A stretch of DNA of 63,967 nucleotides, counting the filler. It is 10 parts of 10 records of this genome, joined end to end, with 100 filler letters (N's around TTAATTAATTAA, not from the genome) between each part and the next. Parts side by side here need not be neighbours in the genome. Positions count along the whole stretch, not along the records: positions 1 to 11,174 come from SRR11831586_1631; positions 11,275 to 18,159 come from SRR11831586_1643; 8 more parts are not named here. The stretch is one strand, 5' to 3'. The translations under genes and the position numbers were made by a program. The notes under the pieces were generated by a model. The model was given only the letters and a program-made list of their open reading frames with translations, searched no databases and was not told where the DNA came from. Shown in pieces: positions 1 to 17,376 of the stretch (position 1 is the stretch's first letter; each line of letters starts with the position of its first letter).

Positions 1-728
1 TTCGCGGCGTCGGGTTTGATGCGGGTGAAGTAGGCGTGGTTAACAAAACGCTTGGCTTACTAGCGACCATTGTTGGCGCATTGTACGGTGGGATTTTGAT
101 GCAGCGCCTGTCACTGTTCCGGGCACTGCTGATTTTCGGCATTTTACAAGGTGCGTCTAACGCCGGTTACTGGCTGCTGTCGATTACTGATAAGCATCTC
201 TACAGCATGGGCGCAGCCGTCTTTTTCGAAAACCTCTGTGGCGGGATGGGCACATCAGCCTTTGTCGCGCTGTTAATGACGCTATGTAATAAGTCATTTT
301 CCGCTACTCAATTTGCCCTGCTCTCAGCGCTTTCTGCTGTAGGGCGAGTTTATGTCGGCCCCGTGGCGGGTTGGTTTGTTGAAGCACACGGCTGGTCGAC
401 ATTCTATCTATTCTCCGTCGCCGCTGCCGTACCAGGGCTTATTTTGCTGCTGGTTTGCCGCCAGACGCTTGAATATACACGAGTAAATGACAACTTTATC
501 TCCCGTACCGCATATCCGGCAGGTTATGCCTTTGCCATGTGGACACTGGCGGCGGGCGTCAGCCTGTTGGCCGTGTGGTTACTGCTATTGACGATGGACG
601 CGCTGGATTTGACGCACTTCTCTTTCCTGCCTGCTCTGCTGGAAGTCGGGGTTTTAGTCGCCCTTTCTGGCGTCGTGCTTGGTGGTTTGCTGGATTATCT
701 GGCGCTACGAAAAACGCATCTGACGTAA
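1..728 (+). CDS. ampG: Muropeptide permease AmpG, 5'-truncated
   Basis: MFS-type protein ending LALRKTHLT; lies upstream of cyoA as in E. coli. Confidence 0.95.
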   Translation, partial: RGVGFDAGEVGVVNKTLGLLATIVGALYGGILMQRLSLFRALLIFGILQGASNAGYWLLSITDKHLYSMGAAVFFENLCGGMGTSAFVALLMTLCNKSFSATQFALLSALSAVGRVYVGPVAGWFVEAHGWSTFYLFSVAAAVPGLILLLVCRQTLEYTRVNDNFISRTAYPAGYAFAMWTLAAGVSLLAVWLLLLTMDALDLTHFSFLPALLEVGVLVALSGVVLGGLLDYLALRKTHLT

Positions 729-2135
<1,407 letters not shown>

Positions 2136-2144
2136 AGGGGTTGA

Positions 2145-5081
<2,937 letters not shown>

Positions 5082-5092
5082 GAGCGGCGGTT

Positions 5093-5983
5093 ATGATGTT
5101 TAAGCAATACCTGCAAGTAACGAAACCAGGCATCATCTTTGGCAACCTGATCTCGGTGATTGGGGGATTCCTGCTGGCCTCAAAGGGCAGCATTGATTAT
5201 CCCCTGTTTATCTACACGCTGGTTGGGGTGTCACTGGTTGTGGCGTCGGGTTGTGTGTTTAACAACTACATCGACAGGGATATCGACAGAAAGATGGAAA
5301 GGACGAAGAATCGGGTGCTGGTGAAAGGCCTGATCTCTCCTGCTGTCTCGCTGGTGTACGCCACGTTGCTGGGTATTGCTGGCTTTATGCTGCTGTGGTT
5401 TGGCGCGAATCCGCTGGCCTGCTGGCTGGGGGTGATGGGCTTTGTGGTTTATGTCGGCGTTTATAGCCTGTACATGAAACGCCACTCTGTCTACGGCACG
5501 TTGATTGGTTCGCTCTCCGGCGCTGCGCCGCCGGTGATCGGCTACTGTGCGGTAACCGGTGAGTTCGATAGCGGCGCAGCGATCCTGCTGGCTATCTTCA
5601 GCCTGTGGCAGATGCCTCACTCCTATGCCATCGCCATTTTCCGCTTTAAGGATTACCAGGCGGCAAACATTCCGGTATTGCCAGTGGTAAAAGGCATTTC
5701 GGTGGCGAAGAATCACATCACGCTGTATATCATCGCCTTTGCCGTTGCCACGCTGATGCTCTCTCTTGGCGGTTACGCTGGGTATAAATATCTGGTGGTC
5801 GCCGCGGCGGTTAGCGTCTGGTGGTTAGGTATGGCTCTGCGCGGTTATAAAGTTGCTGATGACAGAATCTGGGCGCGCAAGCTGTTCGGCTTCTCTATCA
5901 TCGCCATCACTGCCCTCTCGGTGATGATGTCCGTTGATTTTATGGTACCGGACTCGCATACGCTGCTGGCTGCTGTGTGGTAA
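5093..5983 (+). CDS. cyoE: Heme O synthase (protoheme IX farnesyltransferase)
   Basis: UbiA-family motif [15 protein letters not shown]. Confidence 0.98.
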
Positions 5984-5998
5984 CAAAACCTCTCTATT

Positions 5999-6023
5999 AA
6001 AAAGGTGCTACGGCACCTTTTTT
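5999..6023 (+). terminator. Rho-independent terminator of the cyo operon
   Basis: AAAAAGGTGC-TACG-GCACCTTTTT hairpin followed by T-tract. Confidence 0.85.
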
Positions 6024-6131
6024 CTTAGCATTAGAAACATATCCCTCTCGAAATATTTACTAAAAAATCCGCATGTTTACCCCATTCGTTTGCCGCTTTA
6101 CACTAGTCGCGAATTTAAAACAGAGGTGGTA

Positions 6132-7496
6132 ATGAACGATTATAAAATGACGCCAGGTGAGAGGCGCGCGACCTGGGGTTTAGGGACCGTATTCTCGTTG
6201 CGCATGCTGGGCATGTTTATGGTTCTGCCGGTTCTGACCACGTACGGCATGGCTCTGCAAGGTGCCAGCGAAGCATTAATCGGTATTGCCATTGGTATTT
6301 ATGGTCTGACTCAGGCCGTTTTTCAGATTCCGTTTGGCCTGCTTTCCGACCGCATTGGTCGCAAACCATTAATTGTCGGTGGGCTGGCGGTGTTTGCCGC
6401 CGGTAGCGTTATCGCTGCGCTTTCCGACTCCATCTGGGGAATTATTCTGGGCCGGGCGCTACAAGGCTCTGGAGCAATTGCCGCCGCCGTTATGGCGCTG
6501 CTTTCCGATCTCACGCGCGAACAAAACCGCACCAAAGCGATGGCGTTTATCGGCGTGAGCTTTGGCATTACCTTTGCCATTGCGATGGTGCTTGGCCCGA
6601 TCATCACTCACAAACTTGGGCTGCACGCGCTGTTCTGGATGATCGCTATTCTGGCAACGACCGGCATTGCGTTGACCATTTGGGTTGTGCCCAACAGTAG
6701 CACTCACGTACTTAATCGTGAGTCCGGAATGGTGAAAGGCAGTTTCAGTAAAGTGCTGGCGGAACCGCGGCTGCTGAAACTCAACTTTGGCATTATGTGT
6801 CTGCATATTTTGCTGATGTCGACGTTTGTTGCCCTGCCCGGACAACTGGCTGATGCAGGGTTCCCGGCGGCTGAACACTGGAAGGTCTATCTGGCGACAA
6901 TGCTAATCGCCTTTGGCTCGGTCGTGCCTTTCATTATCTACGCTGAAGTTAAGCGCAAAATGAAGCAAGTCTTTGTCTTCTGCGTCGGGTTGATCGTGGT
7001 TGCGGAAATTGTGTTGTGGAACGCGCAAACGCAGTTCTGGCAACTGGTGGTCGGCGTGCAGCTTTTCTTTGTGGCGTTTAATTTGATGGAAGCCCTCCTG
7101 CCCTCACTTATCAGTAAAGAGTCGCCAGCAGGTTACAAAGGTACGGCGATGGGTGTTTACTCCACCAGCCAGTTTCTTGGCGTGGCGATTGGCGGTTCGC
7201 TGGGCGGCTGGATTAACGGCATGTTTGACGGTCAGGGGGTATTTCTCGCTGGCGCAATGCTGGCCGCAGTGTGGCTGACAGTCGCCAGTACCATGAAAGA
7301 ACCGCCGTATGTCAGCAGTTTGCGCATTGAAATCCCGGCGAACATTGCCGCAAACGAGGCGTTAAAAGTGCGTTTGCTAGAAACTGAAGGCATCAAAGAA
7401 GTGTTGATTGCAGAAGAAGAACATTCAGCTTATGTGAAAATCGACAGCAAAGTGACGAATCGCTTTGAGATAGAACAGGCAATTCGTCAGGCATAA
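6132..7496 (+). CDS. yajR: MFS transporter YajR
   Basis: MNDYKMTP start, GLLSDRIGRK motif A, C-terminal YAM domain. Confidence 0.96.
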   Translation: MNDYKMTPGERRATWGLGTVFSLRMLGMFMVLPVLTTYGMALQGASEALIGIAIGIYGLTQAVFQIPFGLLSDRIGRKPLIVGGLAVFAAGSVIAALSDSIWGIILGRALQGSGAIAAAVMALLSDLTREQNRTKAMAFIGVSFGITFAIAMVLGPIITHKLGLHALFWMIAILATTGIALTIWVVPNSSTHVLNRESGMVKGSFSKVLAEPRLLKLNFGIMCLHILLMSTFVALPGQLADAGFPAAEHWKVYLATMLIAFGSVVPFIIYAEVKRKMKQVFVFCVGLIVVAEIVLWNAQTQFWQLVVGVQLFFVAFNLMEALLPSLISKESPAGYKGTAMGVYSTSQFLGVAIGGSLGGWINGMFDGQGVFLAGAMLAAVWLTVASTMKEPPYVSSLRIEIPANIAANEALKVRLLETEGIKEVLIAEEEHSAYVKIDSKVTNRFEIEQAIRQA

Positions 7497-7510
7497 AAAA
7501 CGCGGCGAAT

Positions 7511-7599
7511 TGCCTGCTGCGCTACGCTTATCAGGCCTACAAAGTTTCTGAATTACAAACCTTTGTAGGCCGAATCAGGCGTTCATGCCGCATCTGACA
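7511..7599. repeat. REP/BIME pair between convergent yajR and yajQ
   Basis: GCCTGCTGCGCTACGCTTATCAGGCCTAC plus inverted GTAGGCCGAATCAGGCGTTCATGCCGCATCTGAC. Confidence 0.9.
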
Positions 7600-7623
7600 T
7601 GAACAAAACGCACATAGTCGCGA

Positions 7624-8115
7624 TTAATCGCGGAAGTTTTTGAACTGGAACGGCTGACCGAGATCGCCACCACGTACCATCGCCATGACAGCCTGCAAAT
7701 CATCACGAGATTTGCCCGTTACGCGGATTTCATCGCCCTGAATTTGCGCCTGCACTTTCAGTTTGCTGTCTTTGATCATCTTGACGATTTTCTTCTGGGT
7801 CGCGCTCTCAATGCCCTGTTTCAGTTTCGCTTCCACAAACCAGGTTTTACCGCTATGAACGATATTCTCCGGTACATCCAGCGAACTGCCTTCAATGCCG
7901 CGCTTCAGCAGCTTGGCACGCAGAATATCCAGCAACTGATTGACCTGGAAATCGGACTCGCTCAACACTTTGATGGTTTTGCTGGCGTCGTTCAGCTCAA
8001 ATGAGGCTTCAACGTTACGGAAGTCAAAACGGGACTCCACTTCGCGGCTCGCGTTATCGACCGCGTTACGTGCTTCCTGAAGATCAACTTCAGAGACAAT
8101 ATCGAAAGATGGCAT
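7624..8115 (-). CDS. yajQ: Nucleotide-binding protein YajQ
   Basis: [11 protein letters not shown]...FKNFRD, 163 aa. Confidence 0.97.
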
Positions 8116-8282
8116 CTTTTCCTCTCCCTTCATTTTTGATGCGAAGCATAATACCCGCAAAGTTAAATAACCGACAGTCCTGCACCAGGACGTATCCCTT
8201 AATTGTGCATAGTCGCAACAGCATGCACAATTAAGGGATAGCCTTATTGAACACCCGGAGTGGTTGCGGGTGAGGAGGAACA

Positions 8283-9747
<1,465 letters not shown>

Positions 9748-9778
9748 TGTCGGATGCGGCAAACGTCGCATCTGACCA
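9748..9778. repeat. Degenerate REP
   Basis: GTCGGATGCGGCAAACGTCGCATCTGAC palindrome between convergent yajL and thiI. Confidence 0.6.
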
Positions 9779-9800
9779 GATGCGACGTAAAAACCACAAA

Positions 9801-11174
9801 TTACGGGCGATATACCTTCACATTGTTAAAGCCCTGCTCGCGCAGATAGAGCGCCTGCAGACGGCTCATCACCCCGCGCTCACACCACAGCAGCCAGGTT
9901 TTGTTCTGGTCGAGATCGCCAAATTTGGTGCTCAGTTTATAGAACGGCAGAGAAACCACATCAATCCCTTCGACTTTCAGTGGCTTATCTTCCTGTTCAT
10001 CGATAGAACGGATATCGAGGATCACGTCGTTCGGGCCGAAGCCATTGACGGTTTCCACTTCCACCACTTCCTGCTCGGTCTGCTGGGCGATTTCGCGGAT
10101 ATCAACGTTATTCGCTTCCTCAACCACTTTATCGAGAATGCTGAAGTCGAACTTCTCTTCTTCCGCTTCAATCTTCGATTTAACTGCTTTCACCGTCGGG
10201 CTTTTGGAGATCACACCACAATATTCCGGCATCGTGCGAGCAAAGTCTTCGGTGCCAATCTGGCGGGCCAGGTTGATGATGTGCTCTTTGTCGTAAGAGA
10301 TCAGCGGACGCAGGATCAGCGTGTCGGAGACGTTATCAATCAGGCGCAGGTTGGTCAGCGTCTGGCTGGACACCTGGCCGAGCGCTTCGCCGGTGACCAG
10401 CGCCTGTACGCCGTAACGTTCAGCCACTTTAGATGCGGCACGCACCATCATACGTTTGAGGATAACGCCCATCTGACCGTCGTCGATTTTCTCGAGAATT
10501 TCCCCGACGACCGGTTCGAAATTAATAGCGACAAAACGCACGCGGTGGGAGCTGCCAAAGCGGTTCCACAGATAATGCGCCACCTGACGCACGCCAATTT
10601 CATGCGCCGCGCCGCCGAGGTTAAAGAAGCAGTAATGCACGCGGCAGCCGCGACGCATCAACATATAACTGGAAACACCGGAGTCGAAACCACCGGAAAT
10701 GAGCGACAGCACATCTTCCTGGGTGCCGATCGGGAAACCGCCAATACCTTCGTAGCGGCCTTTAATCAGCAGGAGACGATCGTCTTCCACTTCCAGATGG
10801 ACAGTCACATCCGGATTGGTCAGCTTCACGCGCGCGGATTCAATATGCTGATTTAAACCGCCGCCGACGTAACGTTCCACATCAATCGAGCTAAAATCAT
10901 GTTTGCCACGGCGCTTCACGCGTACGCAGAAGGTTTTGCCTTCCAGCTGATCGCGATACTGAACCAACGCTTTCTCGAAAATATCGTGCATGTCGGTAAA
11001 CGGCACGTCTTCGACTTCGAGAATATGGTGGATACCCGGAATACGGGTCAGAGCGTCGCGAATAGCCAGACGCTGGTTTTCATCTTTTGCGCGAACTTCG
11101 ATGTTATCCCAGTGGCGGACGACAGCGAGCGTCTCATCATAGTGCTTTAAAACGTTACGAATGTTCCCGGTAAG
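9801..11174 (-). CDS. thiI: tRNA 4-thiouridine synthase ThiI, 5'-truncated by contig end
   Basis: SGGFDS PP-loop and C-terminal rhodanese WCERGVMS. Confidence 0.97.
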   Translation of the reverse strand, partial: LTGNIRNVLKHYDETLAVVRHWDNIEVRAKDENQRLAIRDALTRIPGIHHILEVEDVPFTDMHDIFEKALVQYRDQLEGKTFCVRVKRRGKHDFSSIDVERYVGGGLNQHIESARVKLTNPDVTVHLEVEDDRLLLIKGRYEGIGGFPIGTQEDVLSLISGGFDSGVSSYMLMRRGCRVHYCFFNLGGAAHEIGVRQVAHYLWNRFGSSHRVRFVAINFEPVVGEILEKIDDGQMGVILKRMMVRAASKVAERYGVQALVTGEALGQVSSQTLTNLRLIDNVSDTLILRPLISYDKEHIINLARQIGTEDFARTMPEYCGVISKSPTVKAVKSKIEAEEEKFDFSILDKVVEEANNVDIREIAQQTEQEVVEVETVNGFGPNDVILDIRSIDEQEDKPLKVEGIDVVSLPFYKLSTKFGDLDQNKTWLLWCERGVMSRLQALYLREQGFNNVKVYRP

Positions 11175-11274
11175 NNNNNNNNNNNNNNNNNNNNNNNNNN
11201 NNNNNNNNNNNNNNNNNNTTAATTAATTAANNNNNNNNNNNNNNNNNNNNNNNNNNNNNNNNNNNNNNNNNNNN
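11175..11274. other. Artificial contig linker
   Basis: 44 N + TTAATTAATTAA (stop codons in all six frames) + 44 N. Confidence 0.98.
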
Positions 11275-11364
11275 TTCCTGCAACTCGAATTATTTAGAGT
11301 ATGAAAAATTGCGTGCTCTAAAAGCGCGCTGAAACAAGGGCAGGTTTCCCTGCCCTGTGATTTT

Positions 11365-12528
11365 TTACTTCTTAGCGCGCTCTTCGAGCATCGCTACTGC
11401 AGGCAGTACTTTACCTTCCACGAATTCGAGGAATGCGCCGCCGCCAGTGGAGATGTAGGAGATTTTGTCAGCAATGCCGAACAGGTCGATTGCTGCCAGA
11501 GTGTCGCCGCCGCCAGCGATGGAGAACGCTTCGCTGTCTGCGATAGCGTTAGCCACGATTTCAGTACCTTTGCGGAAGTTCGGGAATTCGAACACGCCAA
11601 CCGGACCGTTCCACAGAATGGTTTTCGCATTCTTCAGGATTTCAGCCAGTTCCTGAGCGGAAGCATCACCGATATCCAGGATCTGCTCGTCAGCTTTCAC
11701 ATCGTTAACAGATTTCAGGGTAGCCGGTGCAGTTTCAGAGAACTCGGTTGCTACGCGAACATCAGACGGAACCGGGATGTTGCAGGTGGTCAGCAGACGT
11801 TTAGCTTCGTCAACCAGGTCAGCTTCGTACAGGGATTTACCCACATCGTGGCCTTGTGCCGCGATAAAGGTGTTAGCGATACCACCACCAACAATCAGCT
11901 GGTCAGCGATTTTAGACAGGGAGTCCAGAACGGTCAGTTTGGTAGATACTTTAGAACCACCAACGATAGCCACCATCGGGCGAGCAGGTTCTTTCAGTGC
12001 TTTACCCAGCGCGTCCAGTTCAGCTGCCAGCAGCGGGCCTGCGCACGCAACGTCAGCGAATTTACCGATACCGTGAGTAGAAGCCTGCGCGCGGTGAGCA
12101 GTACCGAATGCGTCCATTACGAACACGTCACACAGTGCAGCGTATTTTTTGGACAGGGTTTCGTCGTCTTTCTTCTCGCCTTTGTTGAAGCGAACGTTTT
12201 CCAGAACAACCAGTTCACCTTCAGCAACGTCAACGCCGTCGAGGTAATCTTTAACCAGACGAACCGGGTTAGACAGTTTGTCTTTCAGGTAGTTAACAAC
12301 CGGCAGCAGAGAGAATTCTTCGTTGTACTCGCCTTCGGTAGGACGACCCAGGTGGGAAGTTACCATCACTTTTGCGCCTTGTTTCAGGGCCAGTTCGATG
12401 GTCGGCAGAGAAGCACGGATACGCGCGTCGCTGGTTACTTTCCCGTCTTTTACTGGTACGTTCAGATCCGCACGGATAAATACACGTTTCCCAGCAAGAT
12501 CCAGATCGGTCATCTTAATTACAGACAT
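11365..12528 (-). CDS. pgk: Phosphoglycerate kinase
   Basis: [24 protein letters not shown]. Confidence 0.99.
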
Positions 12529-12577
12529 GGTGAATCCTCTCGTTGATTCTAAAAGTTTTGCAGACGCTGCTTGCGTC

Positions 12578-13597
12578 TTACCTGAAAGCAACAGTAGCCA
12601 TAGCTAACGTCGTGTCGAGCATTCGGTTAGCAAAGCCCCATTCGTTATCGCACCAGACCAACGTTTTGATCAGGTGTGCGCCACTGACCCGGGTTTGGGT
12701 GCCATCGACAATGGCACTGTGCGGATCGTGGTTAAAATCTACAGAGACCAACGGCAATTCCGTATAGTCAACTATACCATGAAATGCACCTTGTGCTGCT
12801 TTTTGCAGCAACAGGTTGACTTCATTGGCTTTTACAGGTTTCTTCACCGTCACGCTTAAATCGATTGCCGTCACATTTATGGTTGGCACACGTACCGCAA
12901 TCGCTTCAAAGCGATCGTTAAATTGCGGAAAAAATCGTGTGATACCGGCGGCCAGTTTAGTATCGACCGGAATGATCGACTGGCTGGCTGCCCGGGTGCG
13001 ACGCAGGTCAGGATGGTATGCATCAATAACCTGTTGATCGTGCATGGCGGAGTGAATTGTGGTCACAGTGCCGGACTCAATACCGTACGCATCATCTAAC
13101 AATTTGATGACGGGAATTATGCAATTCGTGGTACAGGAAGCGTTAGAAACGATGCGGTGTTCCGCACGAAGTTGATCCTGATTGACGCCGTAAACAACGG
13201 TCGCGTCGAGATCGTTACTGCCAGGATGTGAAAAGAGCACTTTTTTGGCCCCGGCGGCAATATGCGCTTCGCCATGCTCGCGGGAGCCATATACGCCGGT
13301 GCAGTCGAGGACTACATCAACGCCAAGTTCACGCCAGGGGAGCGATTGCAGTGAACGTTCATGCAATACGCGGATGGCGTCATCACCAACAAAAAGTTGA
13401 TCGCGTTCCTGTCGTACTTCCCATGCAAAACGGCCATGGCTGGTGTCATATTTCAACAAATGCGCCATGCCCGCAGCATCCGCCAGTTCGTTGATTGCCA
13501 CCACGGTAATTTCCGCCCGGCGTCCGGATTCATACAAAGCACGAACCACATTACGCCCGATGCGACCGAAGCCATTTATCGCTACGCGTACGGTCAT
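12578..13597 (-). CDS. epd: D-erythrose-4-phosphate dehydrogenase
   Basis: GAPDH-like INGFGRIGR and ASCTTNC; directly upstream of pgk. Confidence 0.98.
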
Positions 13598-13718
13598 AGA
13601 TCTCCTGCAAGGTTTTCCCTGAGCAAATTTGCCAGACAGAGTAATCCAGCAAATCGTCCGGGGAAACCTTACCTGTCGCAAACTGCGACTGATTGGTTAA
13701 TTGTCGAACATTTAATCG

Positions 13719-13734
13719 ACTGAAACGCTTCAGC
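13719..13734 (-). promoter_or_regulatory. Cra (FruR) site upstream of epd
   Basis: GCTGAAGCGTTTCAGT on the minus strand. Confidence 0.75.
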
Positions 13735-13788
13735 TAGGATAAGCGAAACGTGGAATAAAAGGAATGTTTGTCCAGCCGAAGAAGACAT

Positions 13789-13810
13789 TTATCTGACTCA
13801 CATCACACTT
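13789..13810 (-). promoter_or_regulatory. CRP site upstream of epd
   Basis: TGTGA-N6-TCAGA on the minus strand. Confidence 0.7.
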
Positions 13811-13881
13811 TTATCCCCTTTTGTGGGAAGCTTTATTCCAGGCTGGCGTAATAATAACCCTACAATAACTGGAATAAATTG

Positions 13882-14595
13882 TCAGCTTGTGAAGTGATAC
13901 CGGCCTTCTTCAGTCATCTCTACTATCAGATTGGCCTGACGGCTATTCATCAGCACACGCTCGACATTGGGGCCATCGGTGCGGGCATAAAATGCTTCGG
14001 CTACTTGCCGCGTTAATCCTCCCGCAATTTTACGACTAATCAAGCGCTCCCGCAGAATTTGAGCAGGTGCATGAATAAAAATAGAAAAATCGCAGAAAGA
14101 TGCCAACTCCAGCCACTTTTCATCATCCAGTAACAACCAGTTTCCTTCGACGATGACGAGTGGTGCGGTAACGTGCAACGCATCTTCAACAGGATCATGC
14201 TTTTGTCGATCGTACTGCGGCCACGTACAATCCCCTTCCACGACCTGGCGCAGATTTTCCGTCAGTTTCGCAACGTCAAATGTCTCTGGTGCGCCTTTGA
14301 AGGGGCGCAATTGATGCGCATCCAGCCAGCTATTGTAATGGTGAAAACCATCCATCGGGAGCGTCTGAATAGCGGGCAGTTCCGGGTCTTGTTGCGCGAG
14401 ATATTCCCAGAAGGTGGTTAGGGTTGATTTACCCGTCCCCGGCGGAGCGCAAAGAAAAACCACCGTACGCCGCTGCGGATTTACCGTCTGTAAGGCCGCC
14501 AACATGTGCAGCAACGGTTTATGTACATTTTCAATCTCTTCGTTCTGGTACTGTGCCTGTATCTTCAGCCCATTCACCGTTAATTCAATTTTCAC
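13882..14595 (-). CDS. yggC: P-loop kinase YggC
   Basis: APPGTGKST Walker A, pantothenate/uridine kinase-like. Confidence 0.93.
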   Translation of the reverse strand: MKIELTVNGLKIQAQYQNEEIENVHKPLLHMLAALQTVNPQRRTVVFLCAPPGTGKSTLTTFWEYLAQQDPELPAIQTLPMDGFHHYNSWLDAHQLRPFKGAPETFDVAKLTENLRQVVEGDCTWPQYDRQKHDPVEDALHVTAPLVIVEGNWLLLDDEKWLELASFCDFSIFIHAPAQILRERLISRKIAGGLTRQVAEAFYARTDGPNVERVLMNSRQANLIVEMTEEGRYHFTS

Positions 14596-15101
14596 GGCGT
14601 TAATTCCTTTAAGGTGGTCGTTACTGCCAGCGTCAGCGCCGTTTTGACCATTCCGCTAAAACGCGCCTCTGACCAGACGGAGAAATCAGCGAACTTCATC
14701 GCTTTTAACGCGTCATAGAGCATCGCATTGCGGGTTATGCTATTGACGTTGCTGATAAAATCCCAGGTCATGTCATCGGCAAATCCGGGCGTTTCATCCT
14801 GTTCGTTCAGGTAATGCCAGAACTGGGAAAAATGCGTGATATCGGCGTACAACCATTTATCCATTTTCCCCAACGCATAAATCAAACGCAGTGCAACATC
14901 AATATCGTCAAGCGGGCCGCTTTGGGCGAGTAACGGCTTCACTGCATATTCCACGATCTCTTCATCGTTATCGACAAACAGCGACGGCAGAAACTGGCGT
15001 ATCCCCTGGAGCAAAATGGTATGCGCAGTTTTCATAAATGAAAATAAATTGTCCTGTGCATCCAGTTGCTCAAGCACATCATCTTCTGTCAGCGTCGCCA
15101 T
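14592..15101 (-). CDS. yggD: MtlR-family protein YggD (FumE)
   Basis: 169 aa MtlR-like; E. coli gene order. Confidence 0.9.
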   Translation of the reverse strand: MATLTEDDVLEQLDAQDNLFSFMKTAHTILLQGIRQFLPSLFVDNDEEIVEYAVKPLLAQSGPLDDIDVALRLIYALGKMDKWLYADITHFSQFWHYLNEQDETPGFADDMTWDFISNVNSITRNAMLYDALKAMKFADFSVWSEARFSGMVKTALTLAVTTTLKELTP

Positions 15102-15122
15102 TGGTCTTCCGATAGATCACCA

Positions 15123-16088
15123 TCAATGCAGGGAGTCTATTATATTACACGTTTGGTCCGCGCCGCCGATCAGTAATGTCTGCGTCCGCACCCCATTCGC
15201 CGTCTGTTGGATACCGTTCACCAGCTCACCGCCCGTCACGCCCGTAGCGCTAAAGAGGATATCGTTCCCCCTCACCAGTTCATCGAGCGAGTACACACGG
15301 TTAACGTCAACGCCCATTGCCTTGCAACGCTTGCGCTCCTGCTCTGCAATCTGCCGATTTTCCGTGTAATCCCCTTTAGCCTGGCAAAAGTCAATCAGCT
15401 CGGCCTGCATATCCCCGCCTAATGCTTTAACGGCACAGGCAGAAATCACGCCTTCTGGCGCACCGCCGATGGTGTACATCACATCGTAAGGATTATCCTG
15501 CCAGCAGGTCAGCACGCTGGCGGCGACATCGCCATCCGGCAGGGCAAAAACCTTCACGCCCAGCTGTGTTGCTTCCTCAATCGCGGCACTCAGGCGCGGT
15601 TTATCCAGCGTAACCATGCGCAGCTTATCCAGCGGTTTGCCTAACGCTTTCGCCACGTTGCGCAGGTTGTCCGTCAGAGGCAAAGACAGATCAATCGCGC
15701 CCGCCGCCAGCCGATTAACAACCAGCTTTTTCATATACATATCGGGCGCATGTAACAGGCTATCTCGAGGGGCGAAAGCCATGACCGCCAGCGCATTGCT
15801 CTGCCCCATCGCCACCATCCGCGTGCCTTCAATGGGATCAACCGCGATATCGACTTCTGGCCCATCGCCTTTGCCCACCTCTTCGCCAATCCACAGCATC
15901 GGCGCATGGTCAATTTCTCCTTCGCCGATAACCACTCGTCCACGAAAAGCGACGTCGTTTAATGCCTGGCGCATCGCGGTGACCGCCAGGCCATCAATTT
16001 TATTTTTGTCGCCACATCCGGTTTGCGGCCAGGCAGCCAACGCTGCCTGTTCCGTAACGCGAAATAATGGCCACGCCAGGGACATCAT
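15123..16088 (-). CDS. yggF: Class II fructose-1,6-bisphosphatase
   Basis: GlpX-like VIGEGE and VDPIEGT. Confidence 0.95.
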   Translation of the reverse strand: MMSLAWPLFRVTEQAALAAWPQTGCGDKNKIDGLAVTAMRQALNDVAFRGRVVIGEGEIDHAPMLWIGEEVGKGDGPEVDIAVDPIEGTRMVAMGQSNALAVMAFAPRDSLLHAPDMYMKKLVVNRLAAGAIDLSLPLTDNLRNVAKALGKPLDKLRMVTLDKPRLSAAIEEATQLGVKVFALPDGDVAASVLTCWQDNPYDVMYTIGGAPEGVISACAVKALGGDMQAELIDFCQAKGDYTENRQIAEQERKRCKAMGVDVNRVYSLDELVRGNDILFSATGVTGGELVNGIQQTANGVRTQTLLIGGADQTCNIIDSLH

Positions 16089-17362
16089 TGCGCGGCCTCC
16101 CCGATATCAACGCCAAATTGTGCCAGCAGATATTTCTCGGCCTGTTCATTCCAGATGCCGTGCGTTTCCTCAACCAGCCGCGCCAACTCTTTAAACAGCG
16201 GATCGGTTTTGCCTTTTTCGGCAAAATCGGCAATGGCAGTGAGCGGCATGGTCACGCCGTTATAAATGAGTTTTTTACCGCCAGGGATATCCGGCAGATT
16301 GAGCACGGTTTCTGGCACCGCATCCAGGCCACCGATATGGGTCACCATAAACGACGGCTGTAACTGCCCAGTGGCGCTAAGGGCAATCGCCTCTTTCATG
16401 TCGTCCGTTGAACCGCCAGATGTACCGACGACGTGCGTGCTGTTGTAATGGACGTTGTAGAAATTAAACGGCACTTTGAAGTTTTTATCCGTCGGCCCGG
16501 CAAAGAAGTTCAGACAGCCATCTTCCGCCAGTAATTCATCAGCCATCTCAACGACAGCAGGCACCGCCGCATAAACAAAAATGTCATCGAACCCGGCATC
16601 TCCTGTCAGCGCCCGCAGCATCTGGACAGGATCGCTCATCCCTTTGGTATTCACATACACCAGCTCAATGCCTTTACTGGCCGCCAGTTCCACCGGCAGC
16701 AGCTTCTGTACCTGCGCCAGACGTTTGTCGTCGATATCGACCACCACCACCCGCGACGGTTGTATGCCGCCGTTAATGGCGTAATCGATAGCGCCAATGC
16801 CCATCGGACCTGCACACGCCAGCAGTGCAATATTGCCGCCAGGTTTGACGCCCATGCGATGCTCATAAACATATTGCGTGGTGTGATAATTGGCATGATA
16901 AGCACCAATAATGCAGCACATAGGCTCTGCCAGCGACGCCGCAGCAAAATAAGAGCCGTGATACGGTAATACGCAGCCCAAATTAATGGCGATTTCGGGA
17001 ATAATCATATAAGTGGCATTGCCGCCAAAATATTCGTAGCTGTAGCCCGCTGAATATCCGCTTGGTAACCCCATCGCCGGTTGCAATACAAAACGCTGGC
17101 CTTTTTTATATTTGCCAGTGAGATTTTTACCCACTTCGACAATAACCCCGGCACATTCATGCCCGGTAATGACCGGATGATTTTCTAAATCGTCGGGTAC
17201 GCGTTTATGTTCACTACCGAGTAACGCCGCTTTCCAGGTCGATAAACAGACGCTGTCAGAAATTACACTCACCAGTAATTCATTATCGGTAATTTCTGGC
17301 AGTTCAAATACGCGCAGACGGACATCCCGCTTGCCATAAATAGCAGCAACTTTGGTTTTCAT
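16085..17362 (-). CDS. yggP: Zinc-binding dehydrogenase YggP
   Basis: GHE motif, MDR family, 425 aa. Confidence 0.93.
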   Translation of the reverse strand: MKTKVAAIYGKRDVRLRVFELPEITDNELLVSVISDSVCLSTWKAALLGSEHKRVPDDLENHPVITGHECAGVIVEVGKNLTGKYKKGQRFVLQPAMGLPSGYSAGYSYEYFGGNATYMIIPEIAINLGCVLPYHGSYFAAASLAEPMCCIIGAYHANYHTTQYVYEHRMGVKPGGNIALLACAGPMGIGAIDYAINGGIQPSRVVVVDIDDKRLAQVQKLLPVELAASKGIELVYVNTKGMSDPVQMLRALTGDAGFDDIFVYAAVPAVVEMADELLAEDGCLNFFAGPTDKNFKVPFNFYNVHYNSTHVVGTSGGSTDDMKEAIALSATGQLQPSFMVTHIGGLDAVPETVLNLPDIPGGKKLIYNGVTMPLTAIADFAEKGKTDPLFKELARLVEETHGIWNEQAEKYLLAQFGVDIGEAAQ

Positions 17363-17376
17363 TTTTACCTCTGTAA

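Noticed and set aside
7511-7599. Palindromic repeats as a CRISPR array
   Set aside because: They match the REP consensus; no regular spacers or cas genes anywhere in the window.
11219-11230. Recurrent TTAATTAATTAA as a biological repeat or PacI-like site
   Set aside because: Always centred in 44+44 Ns; it is a six-frame stop spacer. ORFs ending X...LIN are artefacts of it.
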